From NCBI GenBank assembly GCA_027923505.1, contig BROI01000013.1, positions 1 to 64,000 of the forward strand: DNA of 64,000 nucleotides. The letters are read 5' to 3'. A program made the position numbers and the translations under genes. Source of the stretch: Mayamaea pseudoterrestris (Eukaryota). Positions 38,297-51,436 of the stretch are shown piece by piece (positions within the stretch are counted from its first letter, which is position 1; each line of letters starts with the position of its first letter). The notes under the pieces are model-generated. The model ran no database searches. It was not told the DNA's origin and saw only the letters and a program-made list of their open reading frames with translations.

Positions 38297-38686
38297 GCTT
38301 CGTATAATGTATCGTAGTGATGATCTATCGCTCTTCTTTAGTGAGAAAAAGAATGTACAACCCTTGATCGAAAAGAGAAATTGCAGCAGTGCGTTCGTTG
38401 GAAAATGATCATGGTGGTCAAGTTCGTCAGACTGAGTGTCGCAACGTGAATGCAGCGGCCCGCTTGAAACGGACGCGCAGTGGCAGTAACTGACGCACAG
38501 AAATTTGGGAGCGCCGGCCCAGCTTTCGGCCGTCACAAATTCTGCGAGGAATGCTGTCAACGCACGAGACGAGATGCGAGATGGAACAAGTCACTACTAC
38601 TGTCACAGACTTGGTCGCGCAATATCTTCGACAACCCTACCGTCACGCCACTTTAACAAGCAAGTTCTCGGCAATCAAGACATAAA

Positions 38687-40153
38687 ATGAGCGTCTGGTT
38701 GTCACAATCCAGTTTGATGGCTCCTGTACCTCCAGCATGGCTTGAATCCATTTGTCAACGACTGACAGAAGATGATCCCTCATTAGTAACAGTCGAACTT
38801 GCCAACCTTCATCGAGTTGATGACAATTTTTCCAAGTTATTCGCAAGGGCCTTCGAACACAACACTAAGTGCACGACGCTCATTCTATCCTTTGCATCTA
38901 TAGTAGATGATGGAGCCTTCGCTTTGGGGTCGGTCCTTTCCAAACATAAACATGTCACAAAACTACAACTGCGAGACTTGCGCAATCATCGGGAAATTGT
39001 TATACTATTAGATAACATGCGTACCAATAATACAATCACGGAACTTTCTTTTCGACACTGCCAGCTATGTCCTCGATCCGCCCAAGCCATTCAGCATTAC
39101 CTTGAATGGAACCCAAACGTACAAGAGGTCCGACTCGTGGACTGCCAGTTGGTACACGATCAACAAGCTTCCATGCAACGATTGTCAATCGGTTTTCAAC
39201 ACTCACCATCTCTGCGAAACATTTACCTTCTAAACATGGAGCTCGAGCCTGTGTCGGCCAATCATATTGCTAGTATGCTCACGAATCCTACCACCACCTT
39301 GAAGGAGCTACATTTGGGCGAAAACAATCTGGCCGATCAAGGGGCCGGCATTCTCTCAGCGGCGGTACTTTCCAATCACTCGCTAAGTTTGTTGGACTTG
39401 CGGTCCAATTCCATTTCCGCGCAAGGGGCACTAACACTTCAAGGCATGGTGGCCCGATCGACAAGCATGCTCTCACTTTGTTTAAATCACAATGACCTTG
39501 GCGCAGCCGGAGCTACCGCTATCGCTCGAGGATTGCAGCAGTCAACCAGTACACTCGTCAAGCTGCAACTAAGTGGCAACGATATTCAATGCGACGGGTG
39601 CAAAGCCATGGCGCATATGCTGCGGCTTAACAAGACTCTTGAAGTATTGGATCTTTCAATGAATGATATTCTGAACGATGGTGCGGCAGCAATTGCTCGA
39701 GCACTCACCAGAAACAAGACGCTCCGATCCATCAACCTTCGACGCAATGACATCTCGGATCAAGGAGCGCTGACCTTTGCCCAGTCACTTGGTTGCATGC
39801 GTGGATTGAAAGAACTAATTTTGAACAAGAATACAATGACGGAGCTTGGCGGAGACGCCTTGCTCGATGCGCTGCAATGTAATACAGAAATCGAGTACTT
39901 GACGGCAACCGACGACTCTCGAGCGGACCGACGTATGGTTCCTTGGTTTCGATTGAACAAGGCGGGTCGACGCATTTTCAAGGACGAAAATGTGCCGAGC
40001 GCCCTTTGGAGCAAGGTGTATAGTAAGGCTGCTAGTGATGCAAATAGTTTATACTTTTTCGTCAAGGCGCGGCCGGAAGCGATGCCAGTGGTAACGACTA
40101 ATAAGAGAAAGAGCCAGCCGGTGGAGGCGCCCGACGATGAGAATGTAAAATAA
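38687..40153 (+). CDS. Ribonuclease-inhibitor-type leucine-rich repeat protein
   Basis: 28-aa repeats L..L.L..N.I...GA..IA..L; C-terminal LNKAGRR...LW...LYFFVK..P. Confidence 0.88.
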   Translation: MSVWLSQSSLMAPVPPAWLESICQRLTEDDPSLVTVELANLHRVDDNFSKLFARAFEHNTKCTTLILSFASIVDDGAFALGSVLSKHKHVTKLQLRDLRNHREIVILLDNMRTNNTITELSFRHCQLCPRSAQAIQHYLEWNPNVQEVRLVDCQLVHDQQASMQRLSIGFQHSPSLRNIYLLNMELEPVSANHIASMLTNPTTTLKELHLGENNLADQGAGILSAAVLSNHSLSLLDLRSNSISAQGALTLQGMVARSTSMLSLCLNHNDLGAAGATAIARGLQQSTSTLVKLQLSGNDIQCDGCKAMAHMLRLNKTLEVLDLSMNDILNDGAAAIARALTRNKTLRSINLRRNDISDQGALTFAQSLGCMRGLKELILNKNTMTELGGDALLDALQCNTEIEYLTATDDSRADRRMVPWFRLNKAGRRIFKDENVPSALWSKVYSKAASDANSLYFFVKARPEAMPVVTTNKRKSQPVEAPDDENVK

Positions 40154-40335
40154 AGCAGCACAAGTGGTAGTAATCACGTAAAATCTTATGCGGTCAAAGT
40201 TGAACGAGAGAAACCGAAAGATACACATATTGCTAAAATAAGATGCATGTATTAGGTCGATTACTAGCGGGCGATTGGGCTTGAAACTCGATAAATCCTA
40301 CACTTTCGCGCTGTCGCCGGCATATCCACGTTCAA

Positions 40336-41226
40336 TTAATCGTCACGCTTCCAAAACCAATCCACAGCCATGGTTGCTCCAGAAACGAGAAGAACCGGAA
40401 CCACCACCTTGGCGGCCGTCTGGACTTGCTTGACAGTCTTGTTCAATGTCTGCTTCAATCCCTTCTTGTCCAACCACTGCTCAAGATAAAAGGCTCCGTC
40501 CTCACTCGTTATCTCTGTTTCCTTCGTGGCTGGCCCAATAATCTCTTCCTCAATAATGTCGCGAACATGCTCAGCCGTCATCCAAAAAGAATCCTTTAAA
40601 TCCGTAATGTGGTGATAAATTTGGTTCTTGGCTTCAGTCGCACACTCGTTCAACTTGTTCGTCGCCTCGGCTGGGAACTTGGCTTCAAAGAGCTTGTAAA
40701 AGTAGTCTTCATCCTTGTTAGATTCGTGTTCTTGCTGAAGTGTCTCCACCGTCAATCGAAGCTGCTCATTCTCAAGACGAAGAGCAGCCAAGTCATTCTT
40801 AACGAGAACTAGTTGCTGGACGCCGTATAGAACCGCAACGACGAAGATAACGACCCAGCAAAAAAGCATATTTAGCTTCAAGTAGCCAGCAATTCGTCTG
40901 TCTTCGTGTTCTCCGTCAAACTCGTGTAAATTCTGTTCATCATTCGGAGGCGTAAACTGCAACGAGTACACGTGCGTTGGAGCAGAGAAATCCAACGAAA
41001 ACGAGTATTCCTCGCGTCCACAATCGTTTGGGATGACGTTAGGAGGCGTACTAAGACGATCATTACCACCAACGACATCATCCACTACTTCATCCTCTCC
41101 TTCGAGAATCACCGTGCCGCGGCTGTACTCCTGCGACTCATTGACACGCGGCTGACGCTCGCGAAATTCGCTCAAGTTCATCATTTCCTCTTCCTCCTCC
41201 TGCGAAAAGATTGGTCCAGTCAGCAT
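40336..41226 (-). CDS. Hypothetical membrane protein with a coiled coil
   Basis: About 300-aa ORF with two hydrophobic segments and heptad LAALRLENEQLRLTVETL. Confidence 0.65.
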   Translation of the reverse strand: MLTGPIFSQEEEEEMMNLSEFRERQPRVNESQEYSRGTVILEGEDEVVDDVVGGNDRLSTPPNVIPNDCGREEYSFSLDFSAPTHVYSLQFTPPNDEQNLHEFDGEHEDRRIAGYLKLNMLFCWVVIFVVAVLYGVQQLVLVKNDLAALRLENEQLRLTVETLQQEHESNKDEDYFYKLFEAKFPAEATNKLNECATEAKNQIYHHITDLKDSFWMTAEHVRDIIEEEIIGPATKETEITSEDGAFYLEQWLDKKGLKQTLNKTVKQVQTAAKVVVPVLLVSGATMAVDWFWKRDD

Positions 41227-41523
41227 GGCAAGCGATAATATGCTTACAGTAGTCTGCAATGATGGCTACCGAAAAAGACGAAACAAGTTCCTTGCCGCCA
41301 CACAAACACTCGAGCAAGATCCTTGGCTATCAGAGCGTGACAACAACGCTGCACCAGAAATCGGGAGCCGGCAAGCGAAACGAGGGAGCGAAACTCCGCC
41401 CGTTCTCACACACTATACCAAAACCTGATCCTTGTCAGTCGTTCCAGTCATTTGTTGGGCATGTCATACTCGTATCACATACGAAGTCAATGGTGGTGAA
41501 CGAGCTGACAAGTCGGGAAAGAT

Positions 41524-41930
41524 GGTTTTCACTGGCAATCGTTTTGTGTTATTGCCTAATGACGTAATTGACATTGGCACTCGTTTCATACTATTGCCTA
41601 ATGACGTAATTGACACTGGCACTCGTTTCGTACTATTGCCTTATGACGTAATTGACACTGGCACTCGTTTCGTATTATTGCCTTCTGACGTAGTTTTCAC
41701 TGGCACTCGTTTCTTTCTATTGCTTATTGACGAAGTTTTCAAAAAAAGGCTTAATCAGTTATGACGTATTTCTCACTGGCACTCGTTTCGTACTATTGCC
41801 TCGTGACGTTGTTTTCACTGGCACTCGTCTCGTATTATTGCCTCGTGACGTAGTTTTCACTGGCACTCGTTTCGTACTATTGCCTAATGACACAGTTTTC
41901 ACTGGCATTCGTTTCGTACTATTGCCTCAA
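41524..41930 (-). repeat. 42-bp minisatellite array 3 (about 10 units, interruption near 41740-41760)
   Basis: Same unit and orientation as 14976-15211. Confidence 0.92.
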
Positions 41931-44053
41931 GATATACTGGTACTTGTACTTTTATTCAAAGGGTGATGTGGATGCCGCGCTACAGACGCCTCGCGGCATG
42001 TTTCTCCACGTCGACTTTTGTATCGTTGACTTGAAAGAGTCAACAATTAAAATACCACGAACACTTTCCCGATCAATAAGCTAGATGTGCATCATCTCCA
42101 GTTTAGATAAAGGAAAGCATGCGCCCTACGACTTGTGATATTTAGCAGGCGGCACGACGGCCCACGGCACGATGCACGACCTCAGAAAGCAGAGCGACCT
42201 GGCCCAATTGGCATCCACGAACCATCGTTAGTCGACGATGGTTTCTTCAGATCGATTGGTAAAGCACGTTATCAGCGCACATCTTGCGAGGCATTGTATA
42301 AATGTAGCGCTCCAGTGGGACGACGATAGATATTTCTCTCTCTCTTCGAAGCTGGGTCGATTGTCAATCGAGCATGAAATGCGCAATGATGAGTCGCTAC
42401 TTTGATTATATTGCAATTCGGAGGGTGCTAGGCAAGTAATAGTTTTCCAAGTGCCAACTGAAGACGTTGCAGCGACAATGCTGAAAAGGCATGCAACAGA
42501 CTCAGCGAAGAAGGATTGGATGGCTATGACGACTTAAACACCTGCGTACCAGTATCAGCGCCAGGCGTTCAAGTCCACGGTAGAAGAAACACTTTAGGGA
42601 CGATGCGTCCAAAGTTTGGCTACGATTTGTTTTCAGGTCGTCCGACAGTTCCAGTTGCGTATGTTGAAAGGTTGATGCGATTGATAGTCAGGATTAGCGT
42701 TGAGTACGTCACGGTCTTGGATGCTGGAGCGGATGCTGGTCATTAGCTCGGAGAGCCCATACTGTAAATACAGGCAAGAAATAATCGACGTAGGCAACCG
42801 TCCAAGTATTATCATGGCATTTGCTTGCAAAAACGAATGCGAGCGACGAACTCAACGCTCGGATATTTTTGCCTGCTTTCATTTAATCCATGTACATACT
42901 CCTACATACGTCGTAGATGGTTTGAAATCCATTAGTTATCAGTAGTTGCAATCATTGCCTGTACAGATCTACCCAAGCGCCGCCTTCTAAAGCGTAAGCA
43001 CCACACCACCTGCATGTGCAGCACGCGTTGCCGTCATCCGGGGAGCTGTTGCGAGTTTGAAAGCAAGCTGCAATCAGGAAAATCAGCTACTGCACCTTTT
43101 ATGTTGCCAACGATCGAAAAACAACACATGCGACGTTGGACCGTTAGACAACATTCCTCTATTCGCTGATCTCGGCTGGCGGAGGCTGCAACTAAGGTTG
43201 ACGAAACAACAATTCTAAGTTAGACCAAACGACAGATGCGAGTTAAAGCCAAAGGTTTCGTTAATGACGAGAAATACTGTAGCACCGGACCATAAAATAG
43301 TTCAGAAAAGGGTCGACGAGGAAGCATGTCGTGACAGCCAATTACTGTCCGTGAGCAAAGACCATACTCCTATATAGCGGTAGAAAATCAAGTAAAGCAT
43401 ACCATTGTAAAACTATGAATTCGAAGCATTGATGGTTGGCGACAACTGTGACCAAAAAATGTCAGTTATGTCAATGCCACTAAATGGTACTAATGGTAAG
43501 AATTTGTAGAAGCTACACATAACAAGCAAAGCTTTGCCTCGACGTTAAAGCCACAGCCAACAAAATGTAAAGAAAGCAGACGCGCGATCGCAACACCGGA
43601 GACGTCAACCTTCGGTTCGAAATTGTCTCGCAAAGCGGCCGGACGCCATATAGGACTCCTGAACGTCGAGATATTGCTTGCGAGTCGAAAAGACTAGCTC
43701 TGGCGGTCTATCGTTCATTCCTGCGCTAACTAATGATAAGGGTCGTCGAAACATCGACCATGCACGGCAAGAAGTGTCAAGCATAAAGCCCCTGCCAGCG
43801 CAGCTACTCTGCGTTGCGCCACTCCATCGCCCGAGCTTCTCCTTGCTGCCAATTGCTTTGTTCATTCATTGTAAATTGTAAGACGTAAACCTGTCTACCA
43901 GCAGCAACCATGCTAATCCTCGATCCTCGTCTTATTATTATCACCGACCAAACTTGCTCACAGCAAACCGACTGCAGAATAATACCGTAGGCAAGGCATG
44001 CACATGGCACATCGCATTTCCATTGCTCATTGTGATGGTCGTCGATCACAGTC

Positions 44054-44279
44054 TGAAGTACCTATCGTAGGATGATATGTAAATGGAAATTATGGTGGTA
44101 TTTTAAAGACTGCAATTGAAGATTGCCTCCATGGCGAGCCATCGCTCTTTTACTGGCGAGGATCGCAGATGTCGCAACAGGATCGCCCATCTTCGCTAAT
44201 ACCCGACGGGCGTGTCCGTTGACTGTCCGGCTCGCCGTTGAGGCTGGGCCGGTGCATGTGAATCGTGTCAGATAGCACA
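44054..44279 (-). repeat. gypsy 3' LTR
   Basis: Identical to 55786-56011. Confidence 0.95.
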
Positions 44280-44424
44280 CTCTCCCACACTAAGAGCGAC
44301 CATGAGGGTAGCTGGGGTAAAATGTCTTCCTTCTTGTTTGTAAAGTGGCAGCGGCCTTCCTGTCGCACAGGGTGCCGTAATTTAGCTCGATCTTGATGAA
44401 TCGAACAAGGGAGCTGCGCAAACC

Positions 44425-44853
44425 TTAAGCGTCTTGCCGATACGGCTTGATACGCCGAATATTAACTCGGTCAGTCACCATAGGCGAGAGGCGAATGGTA
44501 ACCGTTCCATTAACGTGGACTTGTTCAATTGAATAAGGACCGATCCATCGTTCTTCGAGCTTGTTAGGGTCGTATACCTTCTTGAGGATCTGCTCGTCAA
44601 CTTTAAAGTCATGAGTCAGTCTCGAACGGTTCGCTTGGAGCAAACGTTCATTGACAATCGCTTCTCGTTTAACAGAGATAGCTAGAATGTCGGCAACAAG
44701 CGGTATATCCAGAAACATGTCGCGTTGAAAGACGACGGCGCCGGGAGAAAGGTTATCAAGAGCTCCACTTGATACAACTCGTGTTGCATGCATTGCTGTC
44801 GCGAGGCATTGATCGATTATATCGTCAGCTTCCATCAAATCCTCGGGCGGATG
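44425..44853 (-). pseudogene. gypsy integrase C-terminal part, cut off by the nested copia
   Basis: HPPED...SPGAVVFQRDM...KLEERWIGPY....VHVNGTVTI...RVNIRRIKPY. It joins in frame to 51437-52256 when the copia is removed. Confidence 0.9.
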
Positions 44854-45315
44854 TTGCAGGATGCGAACGAAAACAGCGAAAATCGGGCAAGTCACACCGA
44901 ATGTCCGATAGGGTGACACAGCGGCACTCGCGGCTCACCACAGCCTCACGATCGCGTGATGCGTGGCAGCGACGGCTTCGAAGCGATTCAACGAGTATAT
45001 TGCTGAAACTAGTGCGATGTAGAGTAGAAACAAGCAGACTTACTAAGCTTGAAGAGTTAAGAAAGCGATTTATTCGTCTCTCGTATTGTAGCAACTGCAA
45101 GCTTGGATTGGCCATCCAAGGACAGCTACAAGCGAAAGGTGCAACGATTTGATTTACAAGTTACAAGATTAACACTGTCTTGAGACTCATTGCCTCGGCA
45201 TAGAGACTTTATCGACGAAGAGTACTATTGATTTACGAAGTAACGTGGACGCACGTTGGTTCTTGGCCCGGAAAGTTCCGCAGGTGATAGCAAGAACATT
45301 GTCACGACGACAACG

Positions 45316-48300
45316 ATGGCGGAAACTCGCGCGCAGAAAGACGCGGCGTTTGCGCATGTTTACGAAGAGAACGTAGGCGTTTTCCAGGATCCTCAGTTCA
45401 AGGAGTTATTCGACGAACTCGGAGTAGAATCGCTTACGCAATTGATCGAGATGGAGTACGACGATTTCGCGACGAAGTGGAACGTCACGACGACGACAAC
45501 GACGACGACTGACGATGGCGACAATGTCACGCAGGAAACGAGCGAACACTCGCTAACGAAGATGAAACAACGCACGATCACGAACGCGATCGAATGGTAT
45601 TTGGCGCAAGAGTCGCCGGACATCAAGACATGGTCGCAACTGACCACCGAAACGCTGGCGACGTTCGTCACAGCACGAGCGAAGGAACGAGTCCAAGCGC
45701 GCAACATTGCGAGCGTGGGCAGCGGAAGCGGAGCGAAACCTCCAGCGAAGGAAAGCGAAACGGAATCCAAGAAGGACGAATCCAAGGACTCCACGCTAAC
45801 GAACGAAGGCGACGAGTCGAAACCCGACTCGGCCGACAAGGTGCCACCGACGAGCGTGGACGTGGACACGAAGCAGTCACCGACATCCGTATTGGACCTC
45901 GGCGACGACGAAGACGACGAGAAGTATTCAGACCAATTTACGAAGTCTATCAAGTTCTCGGCGAAGGATTGTAAAGAAATGAAGCTGGATTCCTCGTGGA
46001 AACAGTGGATTTCCGAGTTGAAAGTCATCGCTACATTGCACGACTTCCACGAAGTCTTTGACGACGATTATGACCCGAAGGAAAAGGGACCGAAGGAACA
46101 GAAGGCGTATGCAAAGAAGAATGTGTTTGTATACAGAATCTTTCTCACGCACTGTCGAACTCCGTCTGCATCACTCGCAGTACAGCAGTTCAAGAAGACG
46201 ATGGATGGACGCGAAGTCTACCAACGATTGCGAACGCGATACGAAGAGGGCGCTACTGCTCACATCGAGAAGGAACGCGCGCGAACGGAACTGCAGGGAA
46301 TGCGGCTGACCGAGAAGTGGTCAAGGCCGACGATCGAATTTCTCGCACTGTTCTACAAGAAAGTCATCTGGCTGCTCGAAATGGACGCAGAAGCTCTGAC
46401 AGGTTTACAACGATACGACATGCTACGCGACGCTTTCTCTGAGCACACTGGATTCAGCGCATCACTAGCAGGTTTTGACGGAATGATTGCCATCAAGAAA
46501 CACATGGGGCAACACGACTCGGAAGACAATTTCGCGCAGTTGTACGCGCACTTAGAAGAGTGCTGCATCAAGTATGACAAGAAACATCCATCGACGACGA
46601 AGACTAAGCGCACAATCAATCAAGCGCAGTCTAGTGGAACGAAAGGAGGCGGCGGCGGCAATGGCGGCGCGACTCCAAGCGGCTTATCGGCGGAACGATT
46701 TGCAGCGATCATGAAGAAACCTCACGCGAGCGTGAAGGATGAAGTCTGGTTGGAGATGAAGTTCGATCAGCGAAAGCAGTTGAAGGACAAGCGTGCGACG
46801 GCGCCCAAGACACCCGAACGGATGGCGACCGCGCAACCAACGAGGCACGGCTACGACGCAGACGCAAGTCAACGCGGCGCATCAAGAGCGTCACGCGACG
46901 GAATCTGTAGCGAACGAGCACGCAAGCGTTCCTGGCACGATTAATATTCAGCCAGGCAATAGTGGAATGTCAGTCCAAACGGCTGCACGATCGGTTCTGC
47001 AAGCGAACAATGCGAGTACTACAACTCAGCAAGTGACAGGATCGTTGACGACTGATAACACCGGACGAGGTACATTCAGCTTCAACATGCATCGTCGTAT
47101 GCGCGTCAATCGCGCACACTACGAGCGGATCAACGAAGGCGCGCTCATCGACAGCGGCGCGAACGGAGGCTTATGCGGAGGAGACATGCTCGTCGTTTCG
47201 GAAACGAACGCCGAGGTGGATGTGACTGGTATTGACGATCATATTGTCCCAGCTCTCAAGATTGGCACTGCAGCTGGACTGGCAAAGACCCTTAGTGGCG
47301 AAACCATTCTGCTTTTGTGTCACCAGTATGCTTTAAAGCGAGACGGACCAACGATTCATTGCCCGAATCAATTGCGCGCAATGGGACATCGCGTCGACGA
47401 TATTCCGACCATGTTTGGCGGAACGCAACGAATTACGACGAACATTGGAGGCTACGTTTTGCCATTGGCAATTCGCGATGGCCTGGTGTACTTGGACGTG
47501 ACGAAACCCACGTTCGATGATTTGGATAAGTATCCGACTGTCATCATGACGTCGGACGTGCCGTGGGACCCGACTGTTTACGATGTCGAGCACGCGCACG
47601 ACGATTTCGACGAACGAGATCACGATTATGGATCTTTCGACGAACGATTCGATGATGACGGTATCACGCACCGCAATCGTCAGACGCCGACACGCACTGG
47701 CGATGAACTTGACGTACTGATCAATCGGTGCGTGCGACACGCTCAGTTTTCACGCGTTAATTTGCGGAAGCTAAGAAGCAAGGAACCGGACTATAATGCT
47801 CTTCGGCCGTACCTCGGATGGGTCCCGACTGAGCGAGTTCAACAGACTTTACGTCACACGGAAGCATGGTATCATCTCAGCGAACATCCACGATTACCAT
47901 TTCGACACCTCACGAAATCACGATTTCCGGCCGCGAACGTTCAGCGGTTGCGCGAACTATTCGCCACGGACACGATACACTCTGACACGCCAGCTTTGGA
48001 TGATGGAATTCTAGGGCATGGGGGAGCTACTAAGATGCAGCTCTTTGTTGGACGAGAAAGTTTTTACACGCGCGGCTACCCGATGAAGTCGGAGAGCGAA
48101 ATGTCAAACGCGTTAGAGGATTTTATCCGCGAAGTGGGCGCTCCTAACGGACTGCTCAGCGACAATGCCAAGTCGGAGACTGGCAAGGCTGTGAGGGATC
48201 TCTGTCGGATGTACAATATTCCTCAAGTGACCACAGAACCGGGTCATCCAGAACAAAATCCATGCGAACGTCACACGTCGCACATTAAGCCAATGATGGA

Positions 48301-51106
48301 GAACCTCCAACGAGATTCGGGTTCGCCAGGCCATTGCTGGGTTTTGCTGATTAAATTCGTAATCATGCTTCTGAACGTCCTCGCGACAAAATCGCTGGGA
48401 TGGCGCACTCCAACGGAAGTTGCGTTCGGAAATTTGCCGGATATTTCGCCTTTGTTACATTTCAAGTGGTGGGAACCGGTCACGTTTGAGGCGCAGGGGA
48501 GTTTTCCCTCGGCGGTACGATCTGGCAACGGCCGATTCGTGGGCATCGCAGAGAATAGCGGTCCGCACATGACTTTTCTCGTTCTGACGGACGATACGCT
48601 TCAGGCGATTCCGCGCTCCAACGTGGTCTCGCGCAGCTACTTGTTACCACGAGAGTTGCCTTCCTTCCCTGAGTCTGGAGGGGAGATTTCTGAAGAAGCT
48701 ACACGCGTAAGCGAACGAAATTTTGAAACTCCAGATCTCGCGACAGGACGCTACCATAGCACGAATGCGACAGAAAGTAGTCACGACAACTACGAAGGAA
48801 ACGACGACAAAACGATTCCGATGGCGAACCACGCCAACGTACCAGCGAAGTTCTTCAGAAGGGCTGAGCAAGAATCAGGGAATAAATGCCCTCTGTTCTC
48901 TCCAAGCGAACTCATCGGACGCACGTTCGTAAGGGAACACGAAAACGGTCAGAAAATGCGAGCGACTGTATGCGAATATATCGAAGTACGCGATAACGAG
49001 CTACTCGAAACGACGAAAGGTTTCTTGATCCAGATGGGAGAAGAGCCAGCGAAAGACTTAATAAGTTACAACGAACTGTCAGATTTAATCGAACGACAGA
49101 TGGACGAAGATATACGAAACGATCCGGCGACTCAGTGGGTATTCACGAAAGTAATCGGACACGAGCTTAATTTGAAACCGAATGATCCGACATACAAGGG
49201 AAGTTCAAGTAACGTTCTCGTCGAATGGACCGACGGAACGACGACGTGGGAGCCTCTCGCGATCATGAAGAAGGACGATCCGATAACGATCGCAGAGTAT
49301 GGACTCAAGCATGGCTTACTCGATAAACCAGGATGGAAGCAGCTGGAACATTACACTCGGAAGCGAAAGAAGTTTCGACAGATGGTGACAGCAGCGAAAC
49401 GAAAATCGAAAGCAAACGGCGTACGCTACAAATTTGGCGTAAGATTGCCGCGCAACTATAAGGATGCGAAAGCTCTCGACGAGATCAACGGCAACACGCT
49501 GTGGACGGATGCGATTCGAACGGAACTAAATCAGATAAATGATTACGACACGTTCGCAGATCAAGGAGTCGGTAAGGTTATGCCGGCGCCGTGGAAACGA
49601 ATAAACGTGCACATGATATTCGATGTCAAGCACGATTTGCGACGGAAAGCACGACTCGTCGCAGGAGGACATATGACAGAGCCGCCGAAGGATTCAGTTT
49701 ACTCGGGCGTTGTGTCATTGCGAAGTCTACGAATGGTAGCGATGTTAGCGGAACTCAACGGTCTGGAACTGTGGGCAGCTGACGTCGGCAACGCATACTT
49801 GGAAGCGAAAACGAAAGAGAAGGTTTATATCGTGGCAGGTCCGGAGTTCGGGGAGCTCGAGGGTCACACGCTCACGATCGTGAAGGCACTATACGGTCTT
49901 CGCACGTCAGGCGCACGCTGGCACGAGCACTTTGCAGACACGCTCCGCGACATTGGCTTCACGCCGTGTATCGCAGAACCGGACGTGTGGATGCGCGATA
50001 AGGGCACGCACTACGAATACGTTTGTGTATATGTCGACGATTTAGCGATAGCGATGAAGAATCCGAAGGAACTAACGGATCTTTTAATTGAGAACTACAA
50101 CTACAAGTTGAAGGGCGTCGGTCCATTGGCATATCATTTGGGCGCAGACGTTTGGCGGGACGACGACGGCGTACTCTGCTTCGGAGCGAAGAAGTACGTC
50201 ACAAGACTATTAGCGAACTACAAAGAAATGTTCGGCGAGGAACCGCGACCGCGACAAAGTCCACTACGCGACGGCGATCATCCGGAACTCGACGAAACGA
50301 AAGAACTTGACGACGACGGAATTGCGAAGTATCAATCGATAATTGGTGCGTTGCAATGGGCAGTAAGTTTATGTCGATTCGACATTCACTGCGCTGTCAT
50401 GACTATGGGGAGATTCCGAGCTGCGCCACGAGCGGGGCACTTGGAACGGTTGAAGCATATTTGCGGATACTTACGACGATACCAGGATGGAGCGATTCGA
50501 TTCAACGTTTCGATTCCAACGGACGAGCGATACGCGACAGTTGACAAGATGGATTGGGACTACAGTGTGTACGGCAAGATCTGCGAAGAGCTTCCGTGGA
50601 ACATGCCCACGCCGCGCGGCAAGGCGGTGCGAATGTCAACGTTCGAAGATGCGAACCTGTACCACGATTACACGACGGGACGGGCAGCGATGGGCATGCT
50701 ACACATGTTGAATGGAACAGTCGTTGATTGGTTTTCGAAACGCCAAGCGACGGTCGAGACGGCGACGTACGGCTCGGAGTTTGTAGCAGCGAGAGTGAGC
50801 ACGGAGCAGATCATGGATCTCCGCTTCACGCTACGCATGTTGGGAGTTCCGCTCGACGGACCTTCATGGATGTTTGGAGACAACAAGTCGGTAACGCAAA
50901 GCAGCAACCTACCGCACTCTAGTCTGACGAAGCGACACAATGCATTGGCATTTCACCGTGTACGCGAAGCGATTGCGGCGGGAATTATTAATTTCAACCA
51001 CATCATGGGAACGACAAACCCGGCGGATGTACTTACCAAGTTTCTTCCACGGGCTACGGCAAGCAAGCACTTAAAGAACCTGCTCTTCAAGGAATCTAAC
51101 TATTAG
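45316..51106 (+). CDS. copia gag-pol with one +1 frame change near 46814
   Basis: gag ORF 45316-46944; pol ORF to 51106 with LIDSGANG (PR), integrase core (ATDT...LSDNAKSE...PEQNPCE), chromo-like VLVEWTDGTTTWEP, ADVGNAYL/YVDD (RT) and FEDA...GDN...NPADVLTK (RH). Confidence 0.93.
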
Positions 51107-51123
51107 GTATGACTTGAGGGGAG

Positions 51124-51436
51124 TTGCAGGATGCGAACGAAAACAGCGAAAATCGGGCAAGTCACACCGAATGTCCGATAGGGTGACACAGCGGCACTCG
51201 CGGCTCACCACAGCCTCACGATCGCGTGATGCGTGGCAGCGACGGCTTCGAAGCGATTCAACGAGTATATTGCTGAAACTAGTGCGATGTAGAGTAGAAA
51301 CAAGCAGACTTACTAAGCTTGAAGAGTTAAGAAAGCGATTTATTCGTCTCTCGTATTGTAGCAACTGCAAGCTTGGATTGGCCATCCAAGGACAGCTACA
51401 AGCGAAAGGTGCAACGATTTGATTTACAAGTTACAA
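51124..51436 (+). repeat. 3' LTR of the nested copia
   Basis: Identical to 44854-45166. Confidence 0.95.

Larger units (their letters stand above)
44854..51436 (+). mobile_element. Nested Ty1/copia LTR retrotransposon (CoDi-like)
   Basis: Identical 313-bp LTRs at 44854-45166 and 51124-51436; PPT GAGGGGAG; GATG duplicated at 44850-44853 and 51437-51440. Confidence 0.96.

Noticed and set aside
42000..44050. Possible gene or pseudogene in the 2-kb stretch before the gypsy
   Set aside because: Only short ORFs with no recognisable motifs.
44852..45174. Alternative TGTT...AACA boundaries for the nested copia 5' LTR
   Set aside because: The 3' LTR lacks both ends (AGTTG..., ...AAGATG), and the initial TG belongs to the reconstructed host site.
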